Part shown: positions 8,517 to 17,768 of the stretch, one piece after another | Layout: each line of letters begins with the position of its first letter | How positions within the stretch are numbered: position 1 is the first letter of the stretch | Assembly (NCBI GenBank): GCA_964652835.1 | Contig: CAZZCB010000001.1 | Span: forward strand, 26,935 to 90,934 | Direction of reading: 5' to 3' | Length of the DNA stretch: 64,000 nucleotides | DNA from: an uncultured Candidatus Saccharibacteria bacterium | GTDB lineage: Bacteria > Patescibacteriota > Minisyncoccia > Phycocordibacterales > CSBR16-119 | Translations under genes and position numbers: made by a program | The notes under the pieces: generated by a model | Told to the model about the DNA's origin: nothing | The model's input: the letters and a program-made list of their open reading frames with translations, nothing else | Database searches by the model: none

Positions 8517-10049
8517 TTAGTTAAATGTTATGTGCCAATGTTTAGCGGTAGTGTTTCCTGTTGAGCCACTTGGTTCTGCGTAAAAACTTCCAACTCCATC
8601 AATATTAATCGTCTGACCGCTAGGGAAATTAGCGCTTGGGGATGGCCCTCCTGGTAAACCATTTAAGTATGTATTTAAAGATTCTGTAGCCCTCATGTCT
8701 ATAATCTTTTTATTTGGACCATGTGTGGAGTGAAGCCAGGCCTCACTCCCTCCTGTTATGACCATTTCACAGTTACAACTATTTTTAAAGGATATTATCT
8801 GCCCGATTACAGACTCAGCGGTTGAATCAAAATAAACAGAAGTACAATTTGGCGTACCAGCTGTTGGTGTACAGTTAGAATTACCGGAAGATGAAACAGA
8901 TATACCTGCAGCAGATAACTGACCTCTTTGCTGAGAATCATCTGGCCATGGCATTCCCATAACGATAGGTTGACCATTTAACATTGCAGTAGGTGCGATA
9001 TTTGTACCTGGTGTAGCATTACCGTTGTCCCATTCTCTTGTTGGTCCATCTAATGTGACTGTTGGTATTTTAATATTTAAATCCTCTGCAAGCTCTGGGT
9101 TTATTGTGTTTAATATAACCCAAGCGCCCAATGCTAAAACAAGTCCTGTTATTGCATTTACTATGTAACTTTTTCCCTTTCCTTTTTCTCCAAAAGACTC
9201 AGATGTTAGATATGTTATACCTCCAACAACAATCATTATCAGCGCCAAAAGTCCTGCGACAACTATAAGTATCGTGAACAGAGATTCAAGCCATTGACCC
9301 ACGTCTGGGTCCCCTGTGAATCCTGGAAGTGGTGCCAGAGGGGTGGTTGAATACTCACCTGAAACAACACCACCAGTGTTTATAACACCAGTTGTTGTTA
9401 TGTCTATGGTTGTATTATCCGTGCTACAAATACCACCATACGGTAAAGGGTTTGGCGCCTGACCGGCGCCGACGGGACATCCAAGTTGCCAGTACGTTTG
9501 ACATGAATAGTCACATTCATACATTAGCCCACTACCATTTTGAGATAGGTTAAAAATTTCTGGTGACCCTGTTATGCTGTCGTTAAATATTTTAATTGCA
9601 ATTATACAGTCCTCTATTCCTGCCACCGCCTCACACCCCCCCAAAACTCCTCGTTCTCCAACCAGAAGAGGTATTGAAAAGTCACTTGTTGTAGACTGAA
9701 AATCAGTAGAACCATTTGGTGACGAAGTAGAGTCAGTAAGTGCTATTTTTATTTCTTGTATTGGGACGACCTCGATACCAAATGATAATGTTGTACTAAA
9801 TTGAATATTTTGCAAAAGGACTCTGAATATATTTCCGCCAGTAGTATTACAATCTATAGTTTTTACATCTAGATATACAAATGGCCTAGGATCATCCTCG
9901 TACTGATTTATGGTAAACCAACCTTGGGGTCTGATGGACGTCTGACCAGATACTATCTCACAGGCCTCTACTGAGTGGGCGCCGGAAAAAACAAAAAAAC
10001 CTGTAAGGAAAAGAAAGACAGTTAAAAGATTTTTAATAAAACTATTCAT
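8517..10049 (-). CDS. T4SS-associated surface protein: signal peptide, internal double-TM hairpin, C-terminal putative zinc peptidase (M15/VanY-like) domain
   Basis: TM hairpin LFTILIVVAGLLALIMIVVGGITYL-TSESFGEKGKGKSY-IVNAITGLVLALGAWVIL resembles a VirB2/TrbC pilin-like hairpin. C-terminal HSTHGPNKKIID ... AKHWHITF resembles the H-x(6-7)-D ... HxH zinc ligands of M15 peptidases. Confidence 0.4.
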   Translation of the reverse strand: MNSFIKNLLTVFLFLTGFFVFSGAHSVEACEIVSGQTSIRPQGWFTINQYEDDPRPFVYLDVKTIDCNTTGGNIFRVLLQNIQFSTTLSFGIEVVPIQEIKIALTDSTSSPNGSTDFQSTTSDFSIPLLVGERGVLGGCEAVAGIEDCIIAIKIFNDSITGSPEIFNLSQNGSGLMYECDYSCQTYWQLGCPVGAGQAPNPLPYGGICSTDNTTIDITTTGVINTGGVVSGEYSTTPLAPLPGFTGDPDVGQWLESLFTILIVVAGLLALIMIVVGGITYLTSESFGEKGKGKSYIVNAITGLVLALGAWVILNTINPELAEDLNIKIPTVTLDGPTREWDNGNATPGTNIAPTAMLNGQPIVMGMPWPDDSQQRGQLSAAGISVSSSGNSNCTPTAGTPNCTSVYFDSTAESVIGQIISFKNSCNCEMVITGGSEAWLHSTHGPNKKIIDMRATESLNTYLNGLPGGPSPSANFPSGQTINIDGVGSFYAEPSGSTGNTTAKHWHITFN

Positions 10050-11010
10050 TTTCTGTAATATTTAATCTCAAAGGTCTTGAGTTTTCTTGTAATAACTCTG
10101 TCTTGTTGTTTGTTCTGAAATTTAAATCTACTGAATTAACATTTTGAGCAACATCAAGGAAAATCATATTAGGAAAATCTGTAGCAAAAACCCTGCCCCC
10201 CACCTTCCACTCAGTTAGAAGTGAGGGGTCTTTAAGATTTTTTGTGAAAATAAAATATGGCTCAGCTATTATGTTTATTTTTCTTTTATTGAAATTTTGA
10301 TCTGTTTTTACGGCTTTGTTATATAAAGGTCCGTAGGCAGAGCTAAATTCATAAAAGTGAACTTCACTGCTACCCGGGGTGATAGTAACGCTCTTTTCTA
10401 AAGACCTAGAAAGCCCGGCAGCCGAAACCTGAACTGAGTTTTGTTTATCTAAAATACCAGGAGAATAAAGGAAGCTGTTTTTTCCGTAGCCTGATTGGCC
10501 GGCAAAATTAGATCCGTCTTTATGCCAAGAATATACGAAAGTTTCCGGACTAGGAACAAAACCCTTACTGTTTGTAATCTGAGGAATAGCCACAACCTTT
10601 ATTCTGGACTGTTTTATAGGGATTATCTTACCTTTATAAAAAGGTGGCTCATATCCACCAACAACCTCCCAGAGGACATCCATAGAAGATGGGTTTATTT
10701 TTATAGAAGCTTCGAGACTACCCCCATTTATCTTGGCTATGCTTTTTATAGTATTTCCATTTTCACCAACAGAGAAAGAAAAGTTTTTTATTCCCTTTCC
10801 TTTACTTTCTAGCTTTCCGTCTTTATACCAAGAAATTTCTGAGTTATTTAGATCAAGACCAAAAGAAGAAACAGAAACGGAAACCATCTCACCAGGAGAA
10901 GGATAGCTTGGAGAAGATTTAAGCTCTAGAGACTGAGCGCCTACAAAAAAGGGCAACGCAAAAAAAACAAAGGCTGAGAATATTATTTTTTTTGACAAAA
11001 TGCCTTTCAT
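10042..11010 (-). CDS. secreted protein, unknown function (T4SS-like operon)
   Basis: Signal peptide MKGILSKKIIFSAFVFFALPFFVGAQS. Confidence 0.45.
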   Translation of the reverse strand: MKGILSKKIIFSAFVFFALPFFVGAQSLELKSSPSYPSPGEMVSVSVSSFGLDLNNSEISWYKDGKLESKGKGIKNFSFSVGENGNTIKSIAKINGGSLEASIKINPSSMDVLWEVVGGYEPPFYKGKIIPIKQSRIKVVAIPQITNSKGFVPSPETFVYSWHKDGSNFAGQSGYGKNSFLYSPGILDKQNSVQVSAAGLSRSLEKSVTITPGSSEVHFYEFSSAYGPLYNKAVKTDQNFNKRKINIIAEPYFIFTKNLKDPSLLTEWKVGGRVFATDFPNMIFLDVAQNVNSVDLNFRTNNKTELLQENSRPLRLNITENE

Positions 11011-11016
11011 AATAGT

Positions 11017-11661
11017 TTAAAATTTTAGCTCTTCCTCAACTTCTTTTTCAATATTTGATATCTCCCCTTTTATAGCATCAACTTTATTTAACTGACTTTC
11101 TATTTTTTGTTTTGATTCTTCAAGTTCTTTTATGTTTTCTATATCTTTAGCAATATCTTCTTTTACTTTTTTTAGATTATCTAATTCTTCTTTTACTTCT
11201 GTTTTTTTAAACCCGAGCTTTTCTACTATTTTAGAAAGCATCGACTGAAGACTTAAGATTTTTTCATTTAAGGATTCATTTTTCGCTGGAGCAGAAGAGT
11301 GTCCGACAGTTTGGTTAAACTCTTTTTCTAAATCAGAAATATTTGTTTCAACTTTATTTGGTAAAGGTTTTATTGGGTCAGTAGCCGGAGCGACGCTTTC
11401 CAAGGCCTCCTCTTTTGCCGGAGTAGATTTTTTATCCATCTGCTCTTTTAGTAAACTTAAATCTTCTTTGCTTCCTTGCGGAGCAAATTCTAAGCCTATT
11501 TTTTTAAGATCTGCATCGTCGCCCGACACAGGAGCACTATCTATATCTATAAATTCTTCTGTTTTGCTATCTCCAGATGACAAATCGACACCCGCATTAT
11601 GTAAAGTATCTTTCTCGCCACCAGTTATTTTATTATCTGTTGTTTTATTATCTGTATCCAT
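11017..11661 (-). CDS. acidic coiled-coil protein (T4SS-like operon)
   Basis: ORF track; low-complexity acidic N-terminus and K/E-rich coiled-coil C-terminus. Confidence 0.45.
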   Translation of the reverse strand: MDTDNKTTDNKITGGEKDTLHNAGVDLSSGDSKTEEFIDIDSAPVSGDDADLKKIGLEFAPQGSKEDLSLLKEQMDKKSTPAKEEALESVAPATDPIKPLPNKVETNISDLEKEFNQTVGHSSAPAKNESLNEKILSLQSMLSKIVEKLGFKKTEVKEELDNLKKVKEDIAKDIENIKELEESKQKIESQLNKVDAIKGEISNIEKEVEEELKF

Positions 11662-11713
11662 TGGCTTTATTATACCAAGAAGATACGAAAAAAGTCTTTA
11701 AATGTTGTGAATT

Positions 11714-13789
11714 CTAGATTTGATCCTTAAACATCTTTTCCAGCTCTTCTATTTCGGCGTCAAGTTTATTGTTTTCGTCTTCCATTTTATCAGTTTCGGT
11801 CTTATTTTCTAGAACAATTCTTACTTTAGGCTTATTTTCCATAGCCGGCTGTTCTGCGGTCACGGTTTCATCTGGCTCTAAATCATCACTTTTTGACTCT
11901 AAAGGCAGATCTTCTTCATAGTTAACCTCGTAGGATTCGTCTTTTGCTGGATTTGGCTTTCCCCCACCTTCTTCTTCCATATATTCATCTTTTGCTTTTT
12001 TAATAGCTAAAATCTGCGACGGATCAGATGTGATAATCTGGTCTTCTGTATATGAAGCGATTATTTTAATAGCCACGTGTTTAAGCCCGGCAAAGAAAAT
12101 TCCCTCTCCGACTTCTGATTCTAGAAGCAAATATTTTTCCTCATCTGTCAGGTTGAAAACTTTTTGCAATGCATCAGCAGAACTTGTGGATTGTTTCAAA
12201 AGAATCTGCATCGACGAGTTCGTCACGATAGGCATACCATACGGTGAGTTTATAAAATCATTTACGTCTTGAGTTATTGTTGAAAGGCCAAGATAGTATT
12301 TTCTACCTCTTTTTGCGATTGAATAAAGGAAACTCGCCGTATCTTCAGATTTCATCATCCACCAAGCCTCATCGACAATAAGAAGTCTCTTCTTTAGATT
12401 TTTACGGACAGCGTTCCAGATAAAGTGTGTGATGATATACATCGCAACAGGTTTTAGGTCGTCCTCCATGTCTCTAACAGAAAAAACTATAAATTTTCTA
12501 TTTATATCTACGTTTGTTGGTTGGTTTAGGAAATTCTTCCAAGTACCCTGAGTATATTTTATAAGTCTAGTTACCACAGATTCGCTTCCCTCAAGTCCCG
12601 AAAGAACCATTTCAAAGTCAGACAAAAGCGGCGGTTCGATATTTGAGAAATCAGATTCTGCTGAAATATCTTTCATTGCATAAGTTTCTGTTATGGCTTT
12701 GTCTATTAGTGCATCTTCTTCCGGCGAAAGTCCGCCGAGCATGATTCTAAAAAGTCCTACGAGCTGGATGGTGTTTCCCCTCAAAATATCGTCTGGCGTT
12801 TCGTCACCTGTTGGCATTGGTAAATCAAAAGGGTTTATGTGGTGCTCTGAAGAAAGAGAAATATTAAAATATCGCCCGCCGATAGCTTCTGCAAGATACT
12901 CATATTCTCTTTCCGGGTCGATAACAATAACTTCTGCATCAAACATTAGTGTTCGCAAAATCTCAAGTTTTGTAGAATAAGATTTACCAGAACCAGACTT
13001 GGCGAAAGTTACAGAGTTGTAGTTCTCAAGAGAAAATCTATCGAAAATAATAAGTGACGAGTTGTGTCTATTTACCCCATACAAAATACCCTTGTCTGAA
13101 GAAAGGTCGAAAGAGACAAACGGAAAAAGACTAGAAAGTGGTTCTGAGTTTAGCTTTTGGTGAATCGCCAAAAAATCGTTCCCTGTTGGGATAACACTGT
13201 TGAAACCTACGTCTTGTTGGAAAAGGGCTGGTTTTATATACACAAGCTTTGATTCAAGCATTGATTTTATTTCACTTTCTATCTTTGAAAGTTCTTTTTC
13301 GCTGTCAGCGTATATAGTTATATAAAGTCCAACGTCAAACATTTTCTGTTGAGCTTGTTGTAGGCTATCGCGAAGGTTTTCAAGATCCTGATACGCAGTA
13401 TCTAAAACAGGGTCGCGCACAAGACCTTTTGATTCACGCACATTTATCTGACTTTGAACTTCAGCAACTTTCTTCTGGAACTTTTTTAAAATATCTTCTG
13501 TGTTTATGTTGTGAATGTGAATAGCAACATCGAATATTTTGTCTAGGTTGATTATCGGCGTAAACCAGTTATCTGAAAGATAACGGGGATACGAGATAAC
13601 GAAATAAGTTCTGGTTATTTTATCTCCCAGGTTTAGGTTTTTTGGAGAAACCTTTAGGGCTGACGGAGCCAAAATATCCTGAAGCTCAAGAGTTGCGGCT
13701 TCGTAAATCTCCTTCGGTAAAACCGGCATTATCTCACGCTTTTTTGATCCAGATTTATTTGATTTTAAAATATTATCTAAAAAACCCAT
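11714..13789 (-). CDS. VirB4/TraC/TrbE-family type IV secretion ATPase (central and C-terminal ATPase part)
   Basis: Walker A SGSGKSYST. VirB4 DEAW motif (LLIVDEAWWMM). CagE_TrbE_VirB region VISYPRYLSDNWFTPII. Confidence 0.85.
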   Translation of the reverse strand: MGFLDNILKSNKSGSKKREIMPVLPKEIYEAATLELQDILAPSALKVSPKNLNLGDKITRTYFVISYPRYLSDNWFTPIINLDKIFDVAIHIHNINTEDILKKFQKKVAEVQSQINVRESKGLVRDPVLDTAYQDLENLRDSLQQAQQKMFDVGLYITIYADSEKELSKIESEIKSMLESKLVYIKPALFQQDVGFNSVIPTGNDFLAIHQKLNSEPLSSLFPFVSFDLSSDKGILYGVNRHNSSLIIFDRFSLENYNSVTFAKSGSGKSYSTKLEILRTLMFDAEVIVIDPEREYEYLAEAIGGRYFNISLSSEHHINPFDLPMPTGDETPDDILRGNTIQLVGLFRIMLGGLSPEEDALIDKAITETYAMKDISAESDFSNIEPPLLSDFEMVLSGLEGSESVVTRLIKYTQGTWKNFLNQPTNVDINRKFIVFSVRDMEDDLKPVAMYIITHFIWNAVRKNLKKRLLIVDEAWWMMKSEDTASFLYSIAKRGRKYYLGLSTITQDVNDFINSPYGMPIVTNSSMQILLKQSTSSADALQKVFNLTDEEKYLLLESEVGEGIFFAGLKHVAIKIIASYTEDQIITSDPSQILAIKKAKDEYMEEEGGGKPNPAKDESYEVNYEEDLPLESKSDDLEPDETVTAEQPAMENKPKVRIVLENKTETDKMEDENNKLDAEIEELEKMFKDQI

Positions 13790-13790
13790 A

Positions 13791-14426
13791 TTATTCTTTG
13801 TTAAAGTTTATCTTAGATTCGGCATCGCCAGGGTTAAACACTTTATAGAAAAGCTCGACTTCTTCATCTGTCTTTAGCGCAACTGTTCGTACTCCAACGC
13901 GCGAAAGACCTTGCTGAACAAGGGCTACCCTCTGCTCGAGCTGTGACCGGTAAAGCTCAAACTCCTCTTTTTTGTTTTGATTACTTTTACTGCTTGGTAA
14001 AATCTTTTCCAAAAAACCACCAGAAGAAGCTAGCACTGCGGGAGTATAGGGCACAACAACAAAAAAGTGCTTTGTCATAATATTAACATCATCTGTAAAA
14101 TTTTGGATGAACTGCATATACTCTTGTGTTTGAATCTTGAGTAGTGGCTCTGTTTGATTTTTTAATTTCTCTTCAAGAGTTGCGAGATATGAAGTAACAT
14201 CATATTTTCTAGATTGAATAGAGATCTGAACTGAAAAATCCAATGTGTTTAAAAAGTTTTGGAACTGCATAATAATAGCGTTTTGTTCGTCTTCTGATTT
14301 AAGAGAGATGTTCACCGAAGAAGCCATTAAAATAGACCGGAGTCCACCATCTTTTAAAACAACAATCCCATCCTGGATTTCTTTTATTGGTACAAATTCT
14401 TGTGAAGCGCGAGCATTTAAAGCCAT
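13791..14426 (-). CDS. VirB4 N-terminal domain protein (split VirB4, translationally coupled to 11714..13789)
   Basis: VPIKEIQDGIVVLKDGGLRSILMASSVNISLKSEDEQNAII matches the N-terminus of Gram-positive VirB4-like ATPases (PrgJ/TcpF/ConE type). Stop TAA is 1 nt before the next ATG (TAAtATG). Confidence 0.6.
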   Translation of the reverse strand: MALNARASQEFVPIKEIQDGIVVLKDGGLRSILMASSVNISLKSEDEQNAIIMQFQNFLNTLDFSVQISIQSRKYDVTSYLATLEEKLKNQTEPLLKIQTQEYMQFIQNFTDDVNIMTKHFFVVVPYTPAVLASSGGFLEKILPSSKSNQNKKEEFELYRSQLEQRVALVQQGLSRVGVRTVALKTDEEVELFYKVFNPGDAESKINFNKE

Positions 14427-14429
14427 AAA

Positions 14430-14909
14430 TTATTTTCTTTTATTCATATCTAAAACGTCTAAGCTCCATGAAATATCTTTTAATTTACCTTCTGTAAGAC
14501 GAGGAAGGGCCTCACCAGAGGTAGATTTTTCGATACGACTAGGTAAAACTTTTTCTTTTTTAGGAGCTCTTTGTTTCCAAATAAAAAGCTTACTTCTAAA
14601 AAAGTAATTCATAGAAGATTGCAGAACTTCAGAAAAATCTCTACCATTTACTTTGTAAAAAGTAAGGGCAAGAGCCAGCCCGACAACAACTAGAATCAAA
14701 GGTATGGCTATTAAAAGCGGTAAGACTTTTGATAAAACATAAGCTCCCCCGGCACCACCTAAAAGATATATGAACTGCTTAAAGGTAAAAGGACCGAAAA
14801 TCTTATCCTCTATTTCAATAAATTGTGGAACTTGAAATCGCATATACATAGTATACAGTATTCGGTATTTAGTATACAGTTTTAAACCAAAAATATTGTG
14901 GATGAACAA
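14430..14909 (-). CDS. PrgI-family (VirB3-like) small membrane protein
   Basis: RFQVPQFIEIEDKIFGPFTFKQFIYLLGGAGGAYVL plus a second TM. Typical PrgI layout directly upstream of VirB4. True start probably the internal Met about 20 codons in. Confidence 0.55.
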   Translation of the reverse strand: MFIHNIFGLKLYTKYRILYTMYMRFQVPQFIEIEDKIFGPFTFKQFIYLLGGAGGAYVLSKVLPLLIAIPLILVVVGLALALTFYKVNGRDFSEVLQSSMNYFFRSKLFIWKQRAPKKEKVLPSRIEKSTSGEALPRLTEGKLKDISWSLDVLDMNKRK

Positions 14910-14935
14910 AACCCCTTGCGGGGTTTTGTTTTATT
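14905..14935 (-). terminator. terminator between upstream operon and T4SS core operon
   Basis: aaaaccccttgcggggtttt hairpin with T-run. Confidence 0.6.
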
Positions 14936-15530
14936 CTATTGGTTCACGATATGGATCAAATTTTATTTCAGGTATTTTTATTACCCCTTCTTTTGCCATC
15001 ATCGCTGGAACACTCACGGGAACTTCTTTTGTTGAAGGCTCTGGCTCTGGGGTTTTTTCTACAACAGGCTCTGGGGCTTTAATTCTTTTATCTACAAAAG
15101 TTTCGATTGTTTTCTTTTCTGATTTTGGAGTATAACCATCTTCAACCTCAATCCCAGAGTAGTGAAGCTCGTCTTTTTCTTCGTCTGCCATTATTTCCCC
15201 AGCAGAAACTTTTTCATAGTGAAGTCGCAAAGCTTCTCTGATTTTTGAAAAAAGTCTCTCGTTTACCTGGTCAACAATATTCATAAGTTCATCGTCTGAA
15301 AGACCAATTCTTTTTTGAATATTTTCTGGATAGTCTTTTGGATGCTCGAGCCCTATCATGGTCAAAATAGTTTCAACAGAGAGAGTGTCGATGTCGTCTA
15401 TGTGCATTTTATGCTCGCGACCAATGTTAAAAATCGTTCGCTCCCAGTCCGACGCACGAATAGCTTCCCGCACCTCGGCTGGGATTTTCTTCATCTGCTC
15501 TTCTATTAACTTTTTTTGATTTTCATCCAT
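14931..15530 (-). CDS. hypothetical acidic protein
   Basis: ORF track only. Confidence 0.4.
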   Translation of the reverse strand: MDENQKKLIEEQMKKIPAEVREAIRASDWERTIFNIGREHKMHIDDIDTLSVETILTMIGLEHPKDYPENIQKRIGLSDDELMNIVDQVNERLFSKIREALRLHYEKVSAGEIMADEEKDELHYSGIEVEDGYTPKSEKKTIETFVDKRIKAPEPVVEKTPEPEPSTKEVPVSVPAMMAKEGVIKIPEIKFDPYREPIE

Positions 15531-15541
15531 ATATTTTTATT

Positions 15542-17707
15542 TTATATTGCACCTCCCCCTGGTGGCGGAGTGGCTGATGGCGGAGTGGCTGGCTTAGGTT
15601 TTTCATCCTCTTTTGCTAATTTTTTAGCAAGCTCTGAGAATTTTTCTGCATCACTCTTAGATGCTTTACCACTTCTTATATCGTTGGCTATTTCTTTATT
15701 ATCAACTCCCATCATCATGCCCCAGACATCTCTAGACGCCACAGCATCAGCAACAAGACCGCGTCTTTCTTTCTCTTCATCTTTAATAAAGTCTTCGTCT
15801 TTTTTCCTTCTAACCTCCTCTCCTTTTTTATCAATTTCTTTTAATTTTTTCTCTCTTTCTTCTGGAATTTCTTTGTTTAACCTTTTTTCAAGCTTATCTC
15901 TTTCTTCTGACTCGTCTTTATTTAACACACCCTTTTTTATAAGCTCGTCTAATCTTTCAGTAACCTCCTTTGTCTCTTCATCAAAACCACGCTTTATTTC
16001 GTTCTTCGTATCAAGTAGGGCAAACAATTCATCCTGCCTACGTTTACCAACAACCTTGTCTCTTTCTCTAAACGAAACAGATGATTGATCTTCTGCCATC
16101 TCAAGCTTTTCTTTTCGTTTGTCTTTTTCAAACTTGTCTCGACTTTCCGTGGATCCTTTTCCGAATGTCATTTTATCACCAGCAAAAGCTGTTGATGCCG
16201 GTTTTATAATGTTTTTACCCGCAAAACCAGCAACACCACCAACCGCACCACCTAGCATTTTTGACTTGTCGGCATTTCTGATATCAAAGCTACTTTTTTT
16301 CCAATTATTAAGACGATTTTTTGTACTCTGTAAGCTATATAATTCTTTTTGCAAAAGTCGTTTTTGTACAGGGTCGTCTGTATTTTTAAGAGCAGTTCTG
16401 GCTTCGGCAATACGAGCATTATAATTACCAGCCTTTAGAGCAGATGAAGCAAGTCCACCAACAACTTTCCTTCCCGCAAAAGCAGTCGCACCCAACGCAC
16501 CACCAGCCGCAACACCTGCGACCTTACCCACAATACTCTTAACCATACTGCCAAATTCCCCAGCCATACTGTCGGCTGTTTTCTTAGCTATTTGAAGCAA
16601 AACTATTATAAAAATAAACGGGATGAAAATCTTCATTAAGTTTGTAAAAATATCAGCACCCTCAGCTGGAACCGCTGGGCCTGTTCCAAAAATAGAAAGG
16701 AATGAAATCATTAAATAAAGGAAGAAGATAAAAATAGGGGCCATAAAAGCAAGCTTTAGAACTGTGTCTTTCCAAGTATCGAAACTCATTTGTTTTACGA
16801 GTCCTCCGCTTCCAGGTACGGCTAGTGTTATAAAAGCTATCGGAGAAAAAATCATCGAGAACCAAAGACCGATAACTCGCCCGACAAAAAGTAACGCCAC
16901 AGACACAAATGTCCACATAAGGAAACCGTTGACGATGACCATCAAAATAAATACCGCAAAAATAGTACCAGTCTTTTCAATTACGGGTGTAACTGTTCCT
17001 GTAAACTGACCTGTCTGAGTACTGTATTGACCAGAGGCGCTACTAGATCCAGACAAAAATATTGATGAACTGAGTAAATTTTGTGGATTTATTTTATCAA
17101 CAATACCAAAAGTTATTGATTTATAACCTTCTGCGTCTGCATAGGATTGATCATTTTCAATAACAATACTGTTGTAAAAAGCTCGGGCTAGAATATTACC
17201 TGCATCTATGACAACTTTTGTAAAAAAAAGTGAGAAGTTTAAAAGAAGAGCGACTATGATCAAAGTTGGAATATATTTTTTAGAACTTGAACCTAAAATA
17301 TGTCGTATTGCCAAATAAAGCAACGTAAAAATAAACGCCACGTTTGAGATATCTCGTATTAGCCCCCAACCTTTTATAATGAAATCTGAACGATAAGCAT
17401 TTGAATCTAGACTGTATCCCAAGAAAAAGTCTAAGATCTTTGCAGCAACTCCAACCAGCCAAAAAGATGGTTCTAAGATCACATTATAAAAAGCATAAAG
17501 TAAACAATTGGCAGAAAAAGGGTTAGACCAATTCGAGCAACCTTTTTCTACTGCGCTTTCTATATTTGTGTCTAGAACTAAGGAACCCTGATCTGTTGGC
17601 GCCCCTTGAGCAAAGGCCAAAGGCGCTGGAGACACAAAGTATCCAGAGAAAACTACAAATATTGAAGCTGCTAAAATTGCTATTTTTTTCATTATAGGCA
17701 AGACCAA
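15542..17707 (-). CDS. VirB6/TrbL-like polytopic membrane protein with long K/E-rich C-terminal tail
   Basis: Signal/TM followed by at least 6 hydrophobic helices. C-terminal 250 aa are charged low-complexity ending in PPSATPPPGGGAI. Confidence 0.5.
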   Translation of the reverse strand: MVLPIMKKIAILAASIFVVFSGYFVSPAPLAFAQGAPTDQGSLVLDTNIESAVEKGCSNWSNPFSANCLLYAFYNVILEPSFWLVGVAAKILDFFLGYSLDSNAYRSDFIIKGWGLIRDISNVAFIFTLLYLAIRHILGSSSKKYIPTLIIVALLLNFSLFFTKVVIDAGNILARAFYNSIVIENDQSYADAEGYKSITFGIVDKINPQNLLSSSIFLSGSSSASGQYSTQTGQFTGTVTPVIEKTGTIFAVFILMVIVNGFLMWTFVSVALLFVGRVIGLWFSMIFSPIAFITLAVPGSGGLVKQMSFDTWKDTVLKLAFMAPIFIFFLYLMISFLSIFGTGPAVPAEGADIFTNLMKIFIPFIFIIVLLQIAKKTADSMAGEFGSMVKSIVGKVAGVAAGGALGATAFAGRKVVGGLASSALKAGNYNARIAEARTALKNTDDPVQKRLLQKELYSLQSTKNRLNNWKKSSFDIRNADKSKMLGGAVGGVAGFAGKNIIKPASTAFAGDKMTFGKGSTESRDKFEKDKRKEKLEMAEDQSSVSFRERDKVVGKRRQDELFALLDTKNEIKRGFDEETKEVTERLDELIKKGVLNKDESEERDKLEKRLNKEIPEEREKKLKEIDKKGEEVRRKKDEDFIKDEEKERRGLVADAVASRDVWGMMMGVDNKEIANDIRSGKASKSDAEKFSELAKKLAKEDEKPKPATPPSATPPPGGGAI

Positions 17708-17768
17708 TTCACTATAATGAAATTATAACACTCTTCTTAAAAAGCGAAGATTTTTATTGTGTAAATCT

